In this document: positions 27,071 to 40,928 of the stretch, piece after piece | How the letters are laid out: each line of letters opens with the position of its first letter | Position numbering within the stretch: the first letter of the stretch is position 1 | Assembly: GCA_012295275.1 (NCBI GenBank) | Contig: CM022672.1 | Coordinates: forward strand, 31,806,001 to 31,870,000 | DNA: 64,000 nucleotides | Direction: 5' to 3' | DNA from: Chrysomallon squamiferum | Lineage: Eukaryota > Animalia > Mollusca | Made by a program: the position numbers and the translations under genes | Notes under the pieces: model-generated | Told to the model about the DNA's origin: nothing | Databases searched by the model: none | Seen by the model: only the letters and a program-made list of their open reading frames with translations

Positions 27071-28409
27071 TCATACAGATATACAAACACAGACACCGTT
27101 TTTTATTAATGTTCTTATGTCTTGTTTCTTCTTTTTCGTCATTTTTGTATTTCCTCGTATTATATTCTAAAATTTTATATACACATATACACAGACACAT
27201 ATATAGACAACTTTTCTTATTAGTATTCATTATTGTATTGTCTTCGCTTATTATATTTAAATAAATAAATAAACATAAAATAGTATAATTGTTAAAATAA
27301 TTATCCTTCTTATGTTACTGGTGACAAATTTACAACGTACTCCCAGAAATGAGACATGGCGCTGAAACATGAACACTAGCTAAACAAAGAACAAACCATT
27401 GAAACACAGGTCAAAAACTAACTTTTACATAATAATAATAATAATAACAACAACATCCCTAAAGCTGACTTTGCTGAAGCCTGGGACCCAAGTAATCTGT
27501 TTTGTTTTTGTTTTAGTGCTAAATGTTAACACTATGTATAACGTAATCGCTCCATGCGCGTCACTGAAATGAATTTATAGGAATACTCTCTGATACGAGA
27601 GACGCTAAGAGAACATTAAACTATATTCTGGATCAGTTTGTTGAAAAGATTAACAATTACAATGTTTAAGTAGGTAGATACATAGAAAAACCGATTTATA
27701 TTTAGCACTATACTGCAGTACCGGTATTTTAGGATTGTCTTTTTTCATGCTAATTAAAAGTTGTCTGATAAGATGAAATTATTTTCTTTATTACTCTACT
27801 AATTACTTCATTTGTAATGTTATTGTAATAAATGCTAGAAAAATGAGTGTGAAATTCGCGGGGCGGGTACAAAGAAGCTCGAAGTCTAAGGTTAATACGG
27901 CACTGACTGTAGTCATTACGTGATTTGTATGTGTGCTGCTGTAAAATATATGAATACCTCCACTCTTGAAGTGTTACGTGAAAAAAATATGTGTAAAACA
28001 CCACTTAGCAGCAATGTAGTGTATATATGTATGTATCACACACACACACACACACACACATATTTTTGGTACAATAGTTAGGACAATCTCGATGGTTTTT
28101 CTGTTGTTTCTTGGTATTTAATTAGTATTATCATCATAATCATCATCATTATCATCATCATACTTTTTTTTTTCATCATGTTCCCAATCATCAACGGCAT
28201 AACATTATCATTAAAATTATTATCTTCGTCATCAACATAGTTAACATAATTCAACGTGTACAGTTAAACAGACAAATACAGTCAAAGAAAAACAGACAAG
28301 TTATAGACATGAAAGAGTAAACGGAGTTTTAGTTATTTAATATATAACACAACTAATCGTGTACAAATAATAAAAAAAACACAAACATAAAAGTCAGACC
28401 GGAAATTAC

Positions 28410-28651
28410 TTTATATCTCACAAAACGCTTTTCTTCGACAGATAAAATCTTTCTGGTTTCCGCAGATTTCATCCTTCCACTTTAATCTGTACATTCAGTT
28501 TAGATGCATGCAATTCTCTTTTCCTCCTCCGTTATCAAGCAGATGGCTGTTCCAGTAAATGTAGTTAAGTCTTTCGAAGTGTTGACAGGAAGACTCCCTT
28601 GGAAACGACCTTAACCGTCGATGTCATTTCCACCAACCCAGTGCATGTCGG
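28410..28651 (-). pseudogene. C-type lectin (perlucin-like) carbohydrate-recognition-domain exon, disrupted
   Basis: Acceptor cttacag|, then DMHWVGGNDIDG*GRFQ..., a frameshift, then NYIYWNSHLLDNGGGKENCMHLN*MYRLKWKDEICGNQKDFICRRK. Matches the CTLD W-x-G, ENC, WND-like and FIC motifs. Two stops and one frameshift. Confidence 0.8.
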
Positions 28652-29131
28652 CTGTAAGATATAATTAATACCTGAAATTAAAATGTTTTGTTGAGAATGA
28701 GAGAAGAAAGGATATTTAAAAAACGACAAACGAGGAAAACGACAACCGAATGAATGTAACGAAAGTTTGAAAAGCACTTTTATTCTTCCATTTTTATTCA
28801 TTTATTTAGAGACAGACTGAAAAAAATAGCCATGTGGAAAGACATAGTAAAAGAGAAAATTTATGAAAACTAAGCTGAAAGTGAAAAAAACAAAACAAAT
28901 TATAAATATTCAGAGAAAAACGTTTTCTTTATGAAGTGTGAGAAGGGTGAAATACAAAAGTAGAAAATACTGCTAATATAATAATGATGAAAGTAAAAAA
29001 GAAATTCTAAACAGAAAAGAAGTACAGATTAATATCACAAATTTCTAATATAAGTAACGAAAAGCTCACTAATGATGTAAGACAGGTAAATAACGACTAT
29101 TATCTACAAAGTAGTAAACACGTGATCTTAT

Positions 29132-29223
29132 CTTGTCGTCTGTCCACGAAACAGCGACAGATTTTCACGAAAACCAGTAGCAATGACATTTGTTAACAAA
29201 TACTTCTGGACTCTACGTAGCCT
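29132..29223 (-). pseudogene. Possible signal-peptide exon of the C-type lectin pseudogene
   Basis: Acceptor atttcag| at 29224; ATG gives MSLLLVFVKICRCFVDRRQ. The donor position reads ATAAG instead of GTAAG. Confidence 0.3.
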
Positions 29224-29489
29224 CTGAAATACTACTGCTACTACTACTACTACTACTACTACTAATAATAATACTAATAATACTAATAATAATAATATTA
29301 ATAAAAAGAAGAAGAAGACGAAGAAGAAAAAGAAGAAGAAGAACAACAACAACAACTGTTAATACAAATTATTTTCTACTGCAACTACTATTTCTTCTAC
29401 TAATATATATTATTTCTATAGCAACAACACTACTAATAAAGCTGCTATCTGAAAAAAGGAGTTTCCCATTTGAACATATATTCTCATCA

Positions 29490-30200
29490 CAACAACCAAA
29501 ACTGGTTAACGACAAAAGTATGTAACCACGAACTGTTTTGAACAATTGTTACGATATTATATTTATATATAGATAGCTGAACTACAACATGGTGATTTTA
29601 TTCACAGAAACCATCTCAACATTCAGTCTAAATTTTCGGTTACAGAACGGTTTGTCACAAACGAATACGGCCACATTAATTCTTGTATTTTTCATATGTT
29701 ACGGAAATGGCCGAACGTGATGAAATATCGAGTTCCTACAGTCTAGAATTGTATTGTTTAGTTATGTAACGCAGATATAAAAAGACAAATTAGGAAAATA
29801 AGTCAGCTATACATTTTTAAAATGTATAATTGTATTACCAGACAAAGTGATAAGTAAATGATTCAGGTGATAAATAAATCGGTCGATTAACATCGCCATT
29901 TTACGTAATCAGAATGACGTCACTAAACAAGTAACAACAACAATAGCAACATGGCGAACAATTGTAAATTCACGAAGGTTTATGTTTTTTATTTATTCTA
30001 ATAACTGGTTGATGGATATGATGTGAATTTAGTTTATTTCGATTACTTGGTGATGCTTTTCTTTAAAGATAAATTACTTAATACTGGGAGACTGTGCTGA
30101 CCTAGTGAATCGTGAAAATGTAAGTCGCTTATTTTGTATTATATTTTTATAGTTGTAACAATAAACCATATTTTATTGTTTTAATTTTTCATCATCATCA
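29490..30200 (+). promoter_or_regulatory. Promoter + first-exon cassette, copy 1
   Basis: TTACGTAA (29901), TGACGTCA (29915), YY1-like GCCATTTT and AACATGGCG (ATG 29951), donor GTAAGT at 30120. Alignable by eye with 33215-33870. Confidence 0.55.
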
Positions 30201-31064
30201 TAAATATATTCTTCCCTCTCTGCTTCTTATTCTTCTTCTTCAGATTCTTCTTCTTCTTCTTCTTCTTATTATTATTATTATTACAAACTGAATACAAACA
30301 CCTCGTATATTGTTACAAATCGAGATAAAACACTACTGTTATTATACCTACTACAACTACCATTGCTATTATTTCTGTTATTAATATTGTTACTAAAGTG
30401 GTAAGATAAAACTACTACTGCTACTGCTTCTACCACTACTACTATTTCTGTTTCCAATATTGTAGATATAAGTACTAATATTAGTTTTGTTAATCTTAGA
30501 ATAATTACATATGTATTGTTGATCAGGGAAACATAACTGAAGTAACTGCTTTCAGAATTTAACAGATGCATCAGAAATACACAACTTGTATAGAACTGGT
30601 TCATGCTTAATAATAGCAATAACAATAATTTTAGTACTAGTGGTGGTGCTAAGAGTTACAGCAGTAGTATAGTAAAACTAGTACTACTGATAATTGTAAT
30701 CTATTTGCTCTTTTAACATTTTAGTGCATTAATTTTGTTGTTGGTGTTTTGCTAATCAGTGGTTTTTGTTATCTTTTCTTTTAGATTGATTTTTAGCATA
30801 AAATTTAAAGAAATCATTAATTTCAAAAATATGTTAGAATAACATTTAAAAAAAGCCTTAATTTATCATACATTACATATTTTTAATATATTACAGATAA
30901 TAGGGTTATGCTGTGATTAGTGTTGGGGTCAGGCTTAACATTATGTTCAAGGTTAGAGTTAAATTTTTGGTTTTGGTGAGTGTTAGTGTTTGCATTAGAG
31001 TTAAGGTTATGTTTAGTGTTAAGCTTCAGGTTCAGATTTGGTTTCTGTGTTAGTATTAAAACTT

Positions 31065-31264
31065 NNNNNNNNNNNNNNNNNNNNNNNNNNNNNNNNNNNN
31101 NNNNNNNNNNNNNNNNNNNNNNNNNNNNNNNNNNNNNNNNNNNNNNNNNNNNNNNNNNNNNNNNNNNNNNNNNNNNNNNNNNNNNNNNNNNNNNNNNNNN
31201 NNNNNNNNNNNNNNNNNNNNNNNNNNNNNNNNNNNNNNNNNNNNNNNNNNNNNNNNNNNNNNNN
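31065..31264. other. Assembly gap (200 N)
   Basis: Run of exactly 200 N, a fixed-size scaffold gap. Confidence 0.99.
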
Positions 31265-32571
31265 TATCTTCAGTTTATTTTCAAGTAAATTAGCTACAGC
31301 TAGAAGTAAAGTATCTACATTAACTACTGACCAGTTTTCACCCACTCCAAAGTATTCAGCCTGCTGATAGTGCTTGTCTAGGCAAATTTATATATGACAT
31401 AGCTTCATTTTTCCTTTCTTCCTTAATTCTTTTTTTCTTTTCTTTCTTTCTTTTATTTATTTATATCTTAATTATTTTTTATAATGATTATTTATTTTCC
31501 AGATGAAATAATAACACACAGCTAGGTTAAAGTAGATCTGATTGTAAAAAGGGTTTAGAGTGGATCTTACTATATGTTGTAAATACACTGCTCTGAAGTT
31601 ATTATGGGTTTCTAATATGATACTTGTGTACACAAAGGGGGAGAGAATTGGCAGAAACAGAAAGACAGAGAGAGTATATATATTGTTGTTGTGGTTGTTT
31701 TTGTGTGTATATGGAGTGTATTTTGGTCCTTTATAAAGAATTTTTTTTTATTCAATATTTATTTATTTTATTAATTAATTAAACTATTTAATTGCTAATG
31801 TTTGAATTTCATTTTTTTTTCCTTCATTATTTGATTTCTTTATTTATTTATTTATTTATTTATGTGTTGTAAGATGGGTCTGTGTCCACCAAGTGTCACG
31901 TGTGTCAGTAAATATGTCTGTCTGTCTGTACATCTGATCATTAGAATTAGTTCATAAGAGTGTAATGTATGTTTGTATGTGTATGTGTGTGTATATAATT
32001 TATCTATGTATGCATGTATTTTTCTATCTCTGTGTGTGTGTGTGTGTGTAGGTATGTGTATGTATGTACCTGCATGTATATATTTATACAGATGTATGTA
32101 TATATGTATTAATGTATGAGTGTGTCTGTATTTATAGACATATGTGTGTGCATGTATTAGTATCTTGTTTTATGTACATCTGCTTAGATTCTGCATTCAG
32201 CCAATTTTGCAGAAATGATTGGCACAGGAAGATGAAGTCCAGTCATGACATCACCAACAACATCATCATCATTATCATCATTTCAACACAGCTCGGTCAG
32301 TATTTAATTAGATAGTTTATCAGTTGTATAATTTCTGTTCTTTAACACAAAACAAATTCCTTTATTACTTTCATCAAAACTGTTTTTTAACTTCTGTTTT
32401 CTCTGTAGTCTTCTCCATTCTCCTTTAGCACAAAACTGCTTTATGATATTCAGTTAGGTAATTTTATTAATAGTGCACAACGTACAAATTATTTACATAG
32501 AAATCTAAACTAATAACTTTCGGACTTTTAATTTTTTTTTTTTAATCTGATTTTATTTGATGATGATAATC

Positions 32572-32633
<62 letters not shown>

Positions 32634-33214
32634 TATTATTATTATTATTTTATTATTATTATTTTTTTTTATTTATTGATTTGTTTATTTTAAAACAATT
32701 TATTGTTTTAATACTTTGTTACAAGCGATTACCGCATCACAGATCAGGAAAATGGTCGAATGTGAAATTACCTGAATTAATTGGTTTATTTCGATTTTTG
32801 AAAAAAAAAACCCTGTGATCTCTGCAAATTTATAATGCAATTATTTAACAAAACAACTGAAAATATGTTTTCCTGGCGCAAAACTGGCAAAAATACCTAA
32901 AAGTTCCTAAATAAATATATTATTTAAACAATTAATAAATAAGACAACTTGGCTTCGGCAGTTTACGTAAACCAAATAAAGAGACTAAGTTATAATCTAT
33001 ATCTGTATATAAACATTGCTTTATAAACGTACTTTTAATAGTCACATATTATCTGATAGAAAATAAAACATGAAAACCATTAATTGAAATTAAATTGATT
33101 AAAGCCTTCAATATAAAACTATTATAAATATTTAAATAAATAAATTACCTGATAACACTAAATCAGTAACTGATTCTGGTTAGTCGGAATTTGTTTTTAT
33201 TATCACACTCAAGG

Positions 33215-33870
33215 AAACAAAACCGGTTAACAACAAAAGTACCTAACCGTTTAATGTTTTGAATAGTAGTATACATATTGACTAATACAACTTGAACTTT
33301 CCGACAGAAACTATTATTGACAGAAACTATCTGAAACCTTATCCTAAGTTTACGTTTACAGAACGTTTTGTCACAAGCGAATAGAACTGATTTAATCAAA
33401 TGACGAATATTGACAGAATAAATGTGTATAGTTTAATAATGTTATGCAGGAATAAAAAGACAAATTTTAACATAATGTCATCAAAATGTTTTTAAATGAT
33501 AAAAATGCTTTACAAAATAAACAATTTAATAAATATTTCCGGTTTTAAAGACAACACACTATTAACTTCGCCAATTTACGTAATCGGAATGACGTCACTG
33601 GTAAAGTAGCAACAGTAGCAACATGGCGTCAAATTCTAAATCTATACATTTTTGTGATATTTATTTTATAGTTTTCTACTTTCTAAAGATGGATATGATA
33701 TGGATTCAGTTTATTTGGATTACTTAGTGGTTCTTTTCATTAAAGATAATTACTTCATACTGGGAGACTGCGCTGACTTACTGAAAAAACAACAAGACGT
33801 AATTCGATTATTATTTGTTTTTACTTCTGTTGTAACAATTACACCATTTATTAGTTATTAATATTACTTT
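33215..33870 (+). promoter_or_regulatory. Promoter + first-exon cassette, copy 2
   Basis: TTACGTAA (33576), TGACGTCA (33590), AACATGGCG (ATG 33623), donor GTAATT at 33799. One frame reads KDGYDMDSVYLDYLVVLFIKDNYFILGDCADLLKKQQD. Confidence 0.55.
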
Positions 33871-33884
33871 TCTTGTTGTTGTTG

Positions 33885-33950
<66 letters not shown>

Positions 33951-34034
33951 GTGGTGTTCTTTTTCTTATTATTAATACCACTTTATAAAGCATTATATGT
34001 TCATTTTTGTTTTTTAGTATTAATAGTAAGTTTA

Positions 34035-34192
34035 TTTGTCTATTTATTTATTTACCACAAATAATACTACTCCAGCGTCTGCTTCGTGTGCTTTTACTAC
34101 TATTACTACTGCTACTAACATTTCAGTTATTATTACTATTATAACTTTTGCACAAAATGCACAATTTACCCATAAGGGGCTCATGTTTATAG

Positions 34193-34247
<55 letters not shown>

Positions 34248-35279
34248 CATACACAAATAGACGTCTGTGTATGCATACATATGTATCTGCATGTGTGTGT
34301 GTGTGTCTGTGTGTATGTAGGTTTATATGTGTGTGTGTTTATATATTAGTATACTCATATAAACACATACACACACATACATGCATGTATAGGTGTGTGT
34401 ATATATATATGTGTGTGTATGTGTGTTCTTTGTATATGTATGTGTGTATATATATGTGTGTATATATACATATACAGAAACACCAACGCATACACACACA
34501 CACACACACACATATCTCGATCCCCGAACAGTAACATTGTCAACTGTGGGGTGCAGGTGAAGGGGTGTCATAAGTTTGAGTCTCATCAGCTGCATTTGAC
34601 TGGGTTCGTGAGGTTGTGATTGTACTGATATTACTATTGTTGTTGTTCTTATTATTATTACTTTAATAATAATAATATTATTATTATTATTAGTAGTAGT
34701 AGTAGTAGTAGTAGTAGTTATTGTTGTAGTAGTAGTATCAGTTTATAAACAAAACATGTTTTTTTTGGGGGGGTTGTTTGGTATTTGTATTATCTTTATT
34801 TATGTATTTATTTACCACTACCAATGCAAATACGGTGCCTGCTACCATTACTGTTACTACTATTACTACTGCTACTAACAGTGGAATTATTATTTCTGTT
34901 ATATCTTTCACACAAAATGCATGAAGTACCATAATTAGCTCATATTTATAGCATTTGCACACACACACACATACACATATATATATGCATGTGTGTCTGC
35001 ATGTATATTTGTGTGTGGGTGTGTATGTATGTGTGTACATAATACACACACATCTATATAACTTTGTTTATATAGTAGTGTATGTGTGTGCATGTCTGTG
35101 TGTACGTGTGTGTGTGTTATAGATTGTCTAGATGGACGAATGGTAACATGATCTACATTTGGAGTGCGGGTGAATGGGTGTTACAAGTTTGAGTCTTGTC
35201 ACCAACATTTGACAGGTTTTGTGAAGTTGTGATTGTACTAATATTTCTATTGTTATTACTATTATTATTACTACTTCAC

Positions 35280-35338
<59 letters not shown>

Positions 35339-35547
35339 GTTTATAAAGAACTACACGTTGTTTTTTGTTTTTAGTATTAGTAGGACATGTATTTATCTAT
35401 TTATTTATTTACGACTACTATCTATTTATTTATTTATGCAAATACTACTATTACTATTACCATTACTGCTACTAAAGTGGAATTATGTTAACTATTATAT
35501 TTTTGCGCATAAAGGCATAACTTATCCATTATGGACTCATGTTTGTA

Positions 35548-35588
<41 letters not shown>

Positions 35589-35695
35589 GGTATATGTGTG
35601 TGTATGAATGTATGTGTGTGGGTATGGTGTGTGTATATAAACAAATATACAGATACACGCAGATATGTAAATACATATATATGTGTGTATGTATG

Positions 35696-35732
<37 letters not shown>

Positions 35733-36110
35733 ATATGTATATACATACATACATACACATGTATTTATGTGTTTGTTCATATGTATATGTATGTCTTTGT
35801 ATATATATATATATGTATACACACACATACATACATACATACACATGCACGTCTCTGTGTATGTGAATGTGTGTGTATCTTTGAATATAACAAACACACA
35901 CATACAATCTGTATGTATGTCTGTGTGCATGTGTATATATTATAGGTTGTCTTGATGGCTGAACAGTAACATTGGTAACATTGTCAGCCTTTTTTTGTGC
36001 AATTGAATGGGTGTCATAAGTTCGTGTCATAAGTCTCATCAGTTATATTTGACAGGCTCTGTGAGGTCATGATTGGACTTTGTCCTCCTGTGCCAGTACA
36101 TTCCTGAATA
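34035..36110 (+). repeat. Diverged tandem triplication (~600-750 bp units) with an exon-like core
   Basis: Three units share GCTACTAA...GCACAAAATGCA...GCTCATGTTTATAGC(AC)n and a core GGGTGTCATAAGTTTGAGTCTCATCAG...ATTTGAC...GTGAGGTTGTGATTG at ~34525-34625, 35122-35240 and 35946-36080. Confidence 0.75.
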
Positions 36111-36395
36111 AAGTCTACGTGCAGAGTCTGATGCTAAACTACATAACATACATACATACATACATTTATATATAAATATATGAATGTATGTATATATGTA
36201 TATATGTATGTTATGTATATATATGTAGGTAGGTATGTAGGTAGGTAGGTCAGTATGTAGGTATGTATATATGTATGTATGTATTTTTACCATTGTAATG
36301 TATATCAAAGTGCTCTTTAGATATATTTTATATATGTGTATGTGTATGTGTTTATATATGTATGCATACACACATATATATATACATATAGGGAG

Positions 36396-36452
<57 letters not shown>

Positions 36453-36974
36453 TTTAAAACTAATTAGCTTGTACTGGATTGTTTATTATTTAAAGATATC
36501 TAATAACATAAAACATTTATGGTAGTGTTAGTAATTACATTTGGTAGTAGGTAGTAGTGATGGCAGTAGTAATTATAATTAAGATAGTAATAGTAGCTGC
36601 CGTAATAGTAGCATAATAGTAATGATAGTAGTAATAGTAACTGTAATACTGATAGTAGTAACAGTAATAAATTTAGTATATGACAGTAATAATTGTACTA
36701 GTAGTAATAGTAGTGATAATAATAGTTGTAGCAATTTCATAATAATGATATTAGTAATAGTAGTACTTGTGGTAGTAACAGTATCAGTAGTGGTAATAAT
36801 AACAATTTGTTTTGTTTTTAGGTTTTTGTGCATCATTTTACTTTTTTTTTTTTTTTTTTTTTTTATGTTTGTGATCAGTTTTGTTTCTTTTTTTTTTTTT
36901 TTTTTTTATAATATTATACAAGTATACCAGACTGTTCAGTTATGAATCTGGGATCTCTCAGTCACTGAAATGGA

Positions 36975-38305
36975 ATTAGATGAACTTGAGTACAGTGAAG
37001 AAAGAATATAAAGTCATTCATATTAGATATAGCAGTCTAATAAAGAAAGAAAATAAGTCAGTTTTACTGGATGGAGCCTCTAATGAAGAAACCAATTATG
37101 TAATTCTAATTGGATGTAGCAGTCTAATGAAGAAAGAAAAGCCTTATTAACTGGATATAGCAGTCTGATGCAAAAGTTGATAAGTCATTTGTATTGGAGA
37201 AAAACAGTGAAATAAAGGAAGAAGATAAGTCATTCATACTGGATGTAGCTGTCTACTGAAGAAATTATTTAATTCATTTTTATTGGATGTAACAGTCTAA
37301 TGAAGAAAGAAGATAAGTCATTCATATTGGATGTAGCTGTCTACTGAAGAAATTATTTAATTCATTTTTATTGGATGCAGCAGTCTAATGAAGAAAGATG
37401 ATAAGTCATTCATATTGGATGTAGCTGTCTACTGAATAAATTATTTATTCATTTTTATTGGATGTAACAGTCTAATGAAGAAAGATGATAAGTCATTCAT
37501 ATTGGATGTAGCTGTCTACTGAATAAATAATTTATTCATTTTTATTGGATGCAGCAGTCTAATGAAGAAAGAAGATAAGTCATTCATATTGGATGTAGCT
37601 GTCTACTCAAGAAATTATTTAATTCATTTTTATTGGATGCAGCAGTCTAATGAAGAAGGAAGATAAGTCATTCATATTGGATGTAGCTGTCTACTCAAGA
37701 CTTTATTTAATTCATTTTTATTGGATGCAGCGGTCTAATGAAGAAGGAAGATAAATCATTCATATTGGATGTAGCTGTCTACTCAAGAAATTATTTAATT
37801 CTATTTTATTGGATGCAGCAGTCTAATTTAAGTCATTCATATTGGATGTAGCTGTCTACTCAAGAAATTATTTAATTCATTTTATTGGATGCAGCAGTCT
37901 AATGAAGAAAGAAGATAAATCATTCATATTGGATGTAGCTGTCTACTAAAGAAATTATTTAATTCATTTTTATTGGATGCAGCAGTCTAATGAAGAAAGA
38001 AGATAAGTAATTCATATTGGCTGTAGCTGTCTACTGAATAAATAATTTAATTCATTTTACTGGATGTGGCAGTCTAATGTAGAAATAGTTTGATTCATTT
38101 TTATTGGATGTAGCAGTCTAATGAAGAATAATGATAAGTCATTCATGTTGGATGTAGCTGTCTACTGAATAAATAATTTAATTCATTTTTATTGGATGTA
38201 GCTGTCTAACAAAGACAGATGATAAGTCATTCATGTTGGATGTAGCCATCTACTGAACAAATAATTTAATTCATGTTTATTGGATTTAGCTGTCTAATGA
38301 AGAAC
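36975..38305. repeat. Dimeric minisatellite, 88-bp unit made of two related 44-bp monomers
   Basis: GGATGTAGCTGTCTACTGAAGAAATTATTTAATTCATTTTTATT alternates with GGATGCAGCAGTCTAATGAAGAAAGAAGATAAGTCATTCATATT. Edges are more diverged. Confidence 0.92.
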
Positions 38306-38677
38306 ATATGTAAGAAGATAACTGCTGTCTGTTGATTACAACAACTTTGTAGTTTTAAGATAAGTAATTTTGTTTGCTTTATCTATATATCTATATGTAT
38401 GTATGTATGTATGTATGCATCTATCTAACTATATATCTATAAAAATAGATAACTAGTAATAAACATACATAATACAAGTTAATGTAAGATACACTGATTA
38501 CATATCCATGATACACTTGTTACTTCTCTAACCTATCACTTATCTAAGATACACTCACTACTTTTCTATATTAACTTATCACTTAACTAAAATACACTTA
38601 CTACTTTTCTAAGACACACTTATTACTTATGTAAGCTACACTTATTACTTATGTAAGCTACACTTATTACTTATTAA

Positions 38678-39670
38678 GGTTATGGATAGAGTATGGGTTA
38701 GATTTGGGGGTTTTGTTCAGTATAGTGTTAAGTTCAGGATTATCATTTGGGATAGGATTGGAGTTAGGGTTAGTGTTTATGCTAGGTATCAGGTTAAAGT
38801 TAGATTTAATTGCTTATTTACATAAAGAGACTTGATGTAAAACTTGAAACATTTATGATGAGTTTTACAATAAAATTATTAATTACTTTCATTTCAAAAA
38901 ATTTACACTTGATGAGTGATAGTATCAAATTTTAATAACTTATATTTCAAAATATGAACTTGCAAACGTTTAAGGATCAGTTTGAGGATAAACTTTAAAA
39001 TAGTTTTGATTAGGATCAATATTTTACTCATTACATTGTTAGATGTAAGGTTATGACTAGGGTTTGTGCTAGGGATAGCATTAATGTTAAGGTTAGGTAA
39101 ATGTTAGACTTAATTATCTATTTTTCATCAAGAGACTTTTCATATAAAACTTTAGAAATTCATAACAAATATTAGCATAAAATGTTTCTAAAAAATGTTT
39201 GAATTGCACAAGGGTTAGAGTTATTTATTTCCTACAAAATACTTTTCAATTAAAACATAATAAAATGTCATAATGAGTAATAAGATAAAAATTTAAAATA
39301 ACTTTTATTTAAAAGAAAAATAACATCGGATAGTACAATAACTGGATAATGATATACCTTATTTTGATAAAATTTTAATTTCTACTTTTGTTCACATAAG
39401 GTTATGGGTGGAGATAGGACTAGCTTTAGGGCAATGTAATGACGAGTGTTAGTGCAAAATTAATAATAACTTTTATTTTAAAAAAATGGGGAAGTTTATT
39501 ATCAACATTAGGGTCAACTTTAAAATATCTAATATTTAAAAAGCAAACAAATTTTAAAGTTTCTGATCAGTCTTGGGATAAAATTTTATCTTACTTTGTT
39601 TGAAATAAATATCTTTTGTAGATTAGTGATCAGGTTTAGGATACAATTTTAAAAATAACTTTCATTTGAA
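38678..39670. repeat. Decayed dispersed repeat with GGTTAG-like runs and TAGGATAAAATTTTAAAATAACTTTTATTT-like units
   Basis: Related tracts at ~19580-19760 and ~30780-31064. Confidence 0.45.
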
Positions 39671-40006
39671 AGACATGCATGCAAAAAGACAGAATTAGAG
39701 ACCGAGAAACACTAACAATAACTTCACAGAAGACAGACAGACAAATACATGCACGCCTTCATACATGATTATACATACAACCTGTGCATGCATGTTGACA
39801 GAAACACACATAACAGTAAGTCATACGAACGAGTAAAAACGGACTCGTAATAAATGTTTTATTCATTCATTTTTGTACACGTACACCGAAACAACGAACA
39901 TGTGTGCAGATGCTAAAGATAACGTATAGGCCTACACATGCACTGTCGAGTCGTTTTAATAAATGAACGAAATAAAGAATCAATAAATAAATAATTAAAA
40001 AATCAC

Positions 40007-40089
<83 letters not shown>

Positions 40090-40270
40090 CGCTTGTTTCG
40101 TTAGTGACATCGTATCGTAGTTACTACTAATATTACTTTTCTGCTTCTCATTATTACTGAAAGCAATCACGGTACGTGTTTGTTCTACTTTGTTATTGTA
40201 ATTTTAGTTATTATTATTGTTGTTGTCGTTAATTTATCCTTGTCCTTTCAGTATAAAGTATGATCTAGAT

Positions 40271-40536
40271 CACTGGTTTTCAAACTTTTTCATACCGCAA
40301 CTCAATATGACCGATGACACCTTTAAAATTTTTGATTCAGTAATATCTAGGGTTACCATATTTTTTTTCATCAACCAAACACAGTACAAAAGGAATCTAT
40401 ATTCACTATGACGGGTCCCAAACCTGTCTATATGTTTTTATTTATTCCTTCTTCCAAGTCGAGTTGAAAAAACTAAAACATGCCTTCGCTCAAGAACGAT
40501 GTCGCGACCCCGATAAAAAAAGGTTGAAAACCTATA
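40271..40536 (+). mobile_element. hAT (Charlie-like) MITE with 8-bp target-site duplication
   Basis: Imperfect TIRs CACTGGTTTTCAAACTTTTT ... AAAAAAGGTTGAAAACCTATA. Flanked by identical ATCTAGAT at 40263-40270 and 40537-40544, fitting the NTCTAGAN hAT-Charlie target preference. Confidence 0.85.
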
Positions 40537-40669
40537 ATCTAGATAAATGAAACCAAACTGAATGTTCTATATTAATATTATTATTAGTAGTAGTAGTGGT
40601 AGTATAGTTGTAGTATAGTACTATTTATTCATTTTCTTATTTCCGTCATTGCTGTGTTCGGTACTGTTA

Positions 40670-40928
40670 ATGTTGGAGAGTGTGATAAGGACGCTTCCTC
40701 TCTTTACTGTTACAGTCCCTGACTGGCGAAGGTTGGAGAGTGTGACCAGAACACTTCCTCTCTTTACTGTCTGGTGAAGGTCGGAGAGTGTGAACAGAAC
40801 ACTTCCTCTCTTTACTGTAACAGTCGCGCTGTCTGGTGAAGGTCGGAGAGTGTGAACAGGACACTTCCTCTCTTTAATGTCACAGTCACACTGTCTGGCG
40901 AAGGTCGGAGAGTGTGAACAGGACACTT
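40670..40928. repeat. Minisatellite, ~60-bp unit, ~4.5 copies
   Basis: GAAGGTCGGAGAGTGTGAACAG(A/G)ACACTTCCTCTCTTTACTGT... repeated. Confidence 0.88.

Noticed and set aside
30900-31064. Telomeric repeat next to the gap
   Set aside because: The GGTTAG-like runs are highly degenerate and recur at ~19580 and ~38700 as part of a dispersed repeat, not a (TTAGGG)n array.
30980-31367. ORFs spanning 31065-31264
   Set aside because: Created by the N run.
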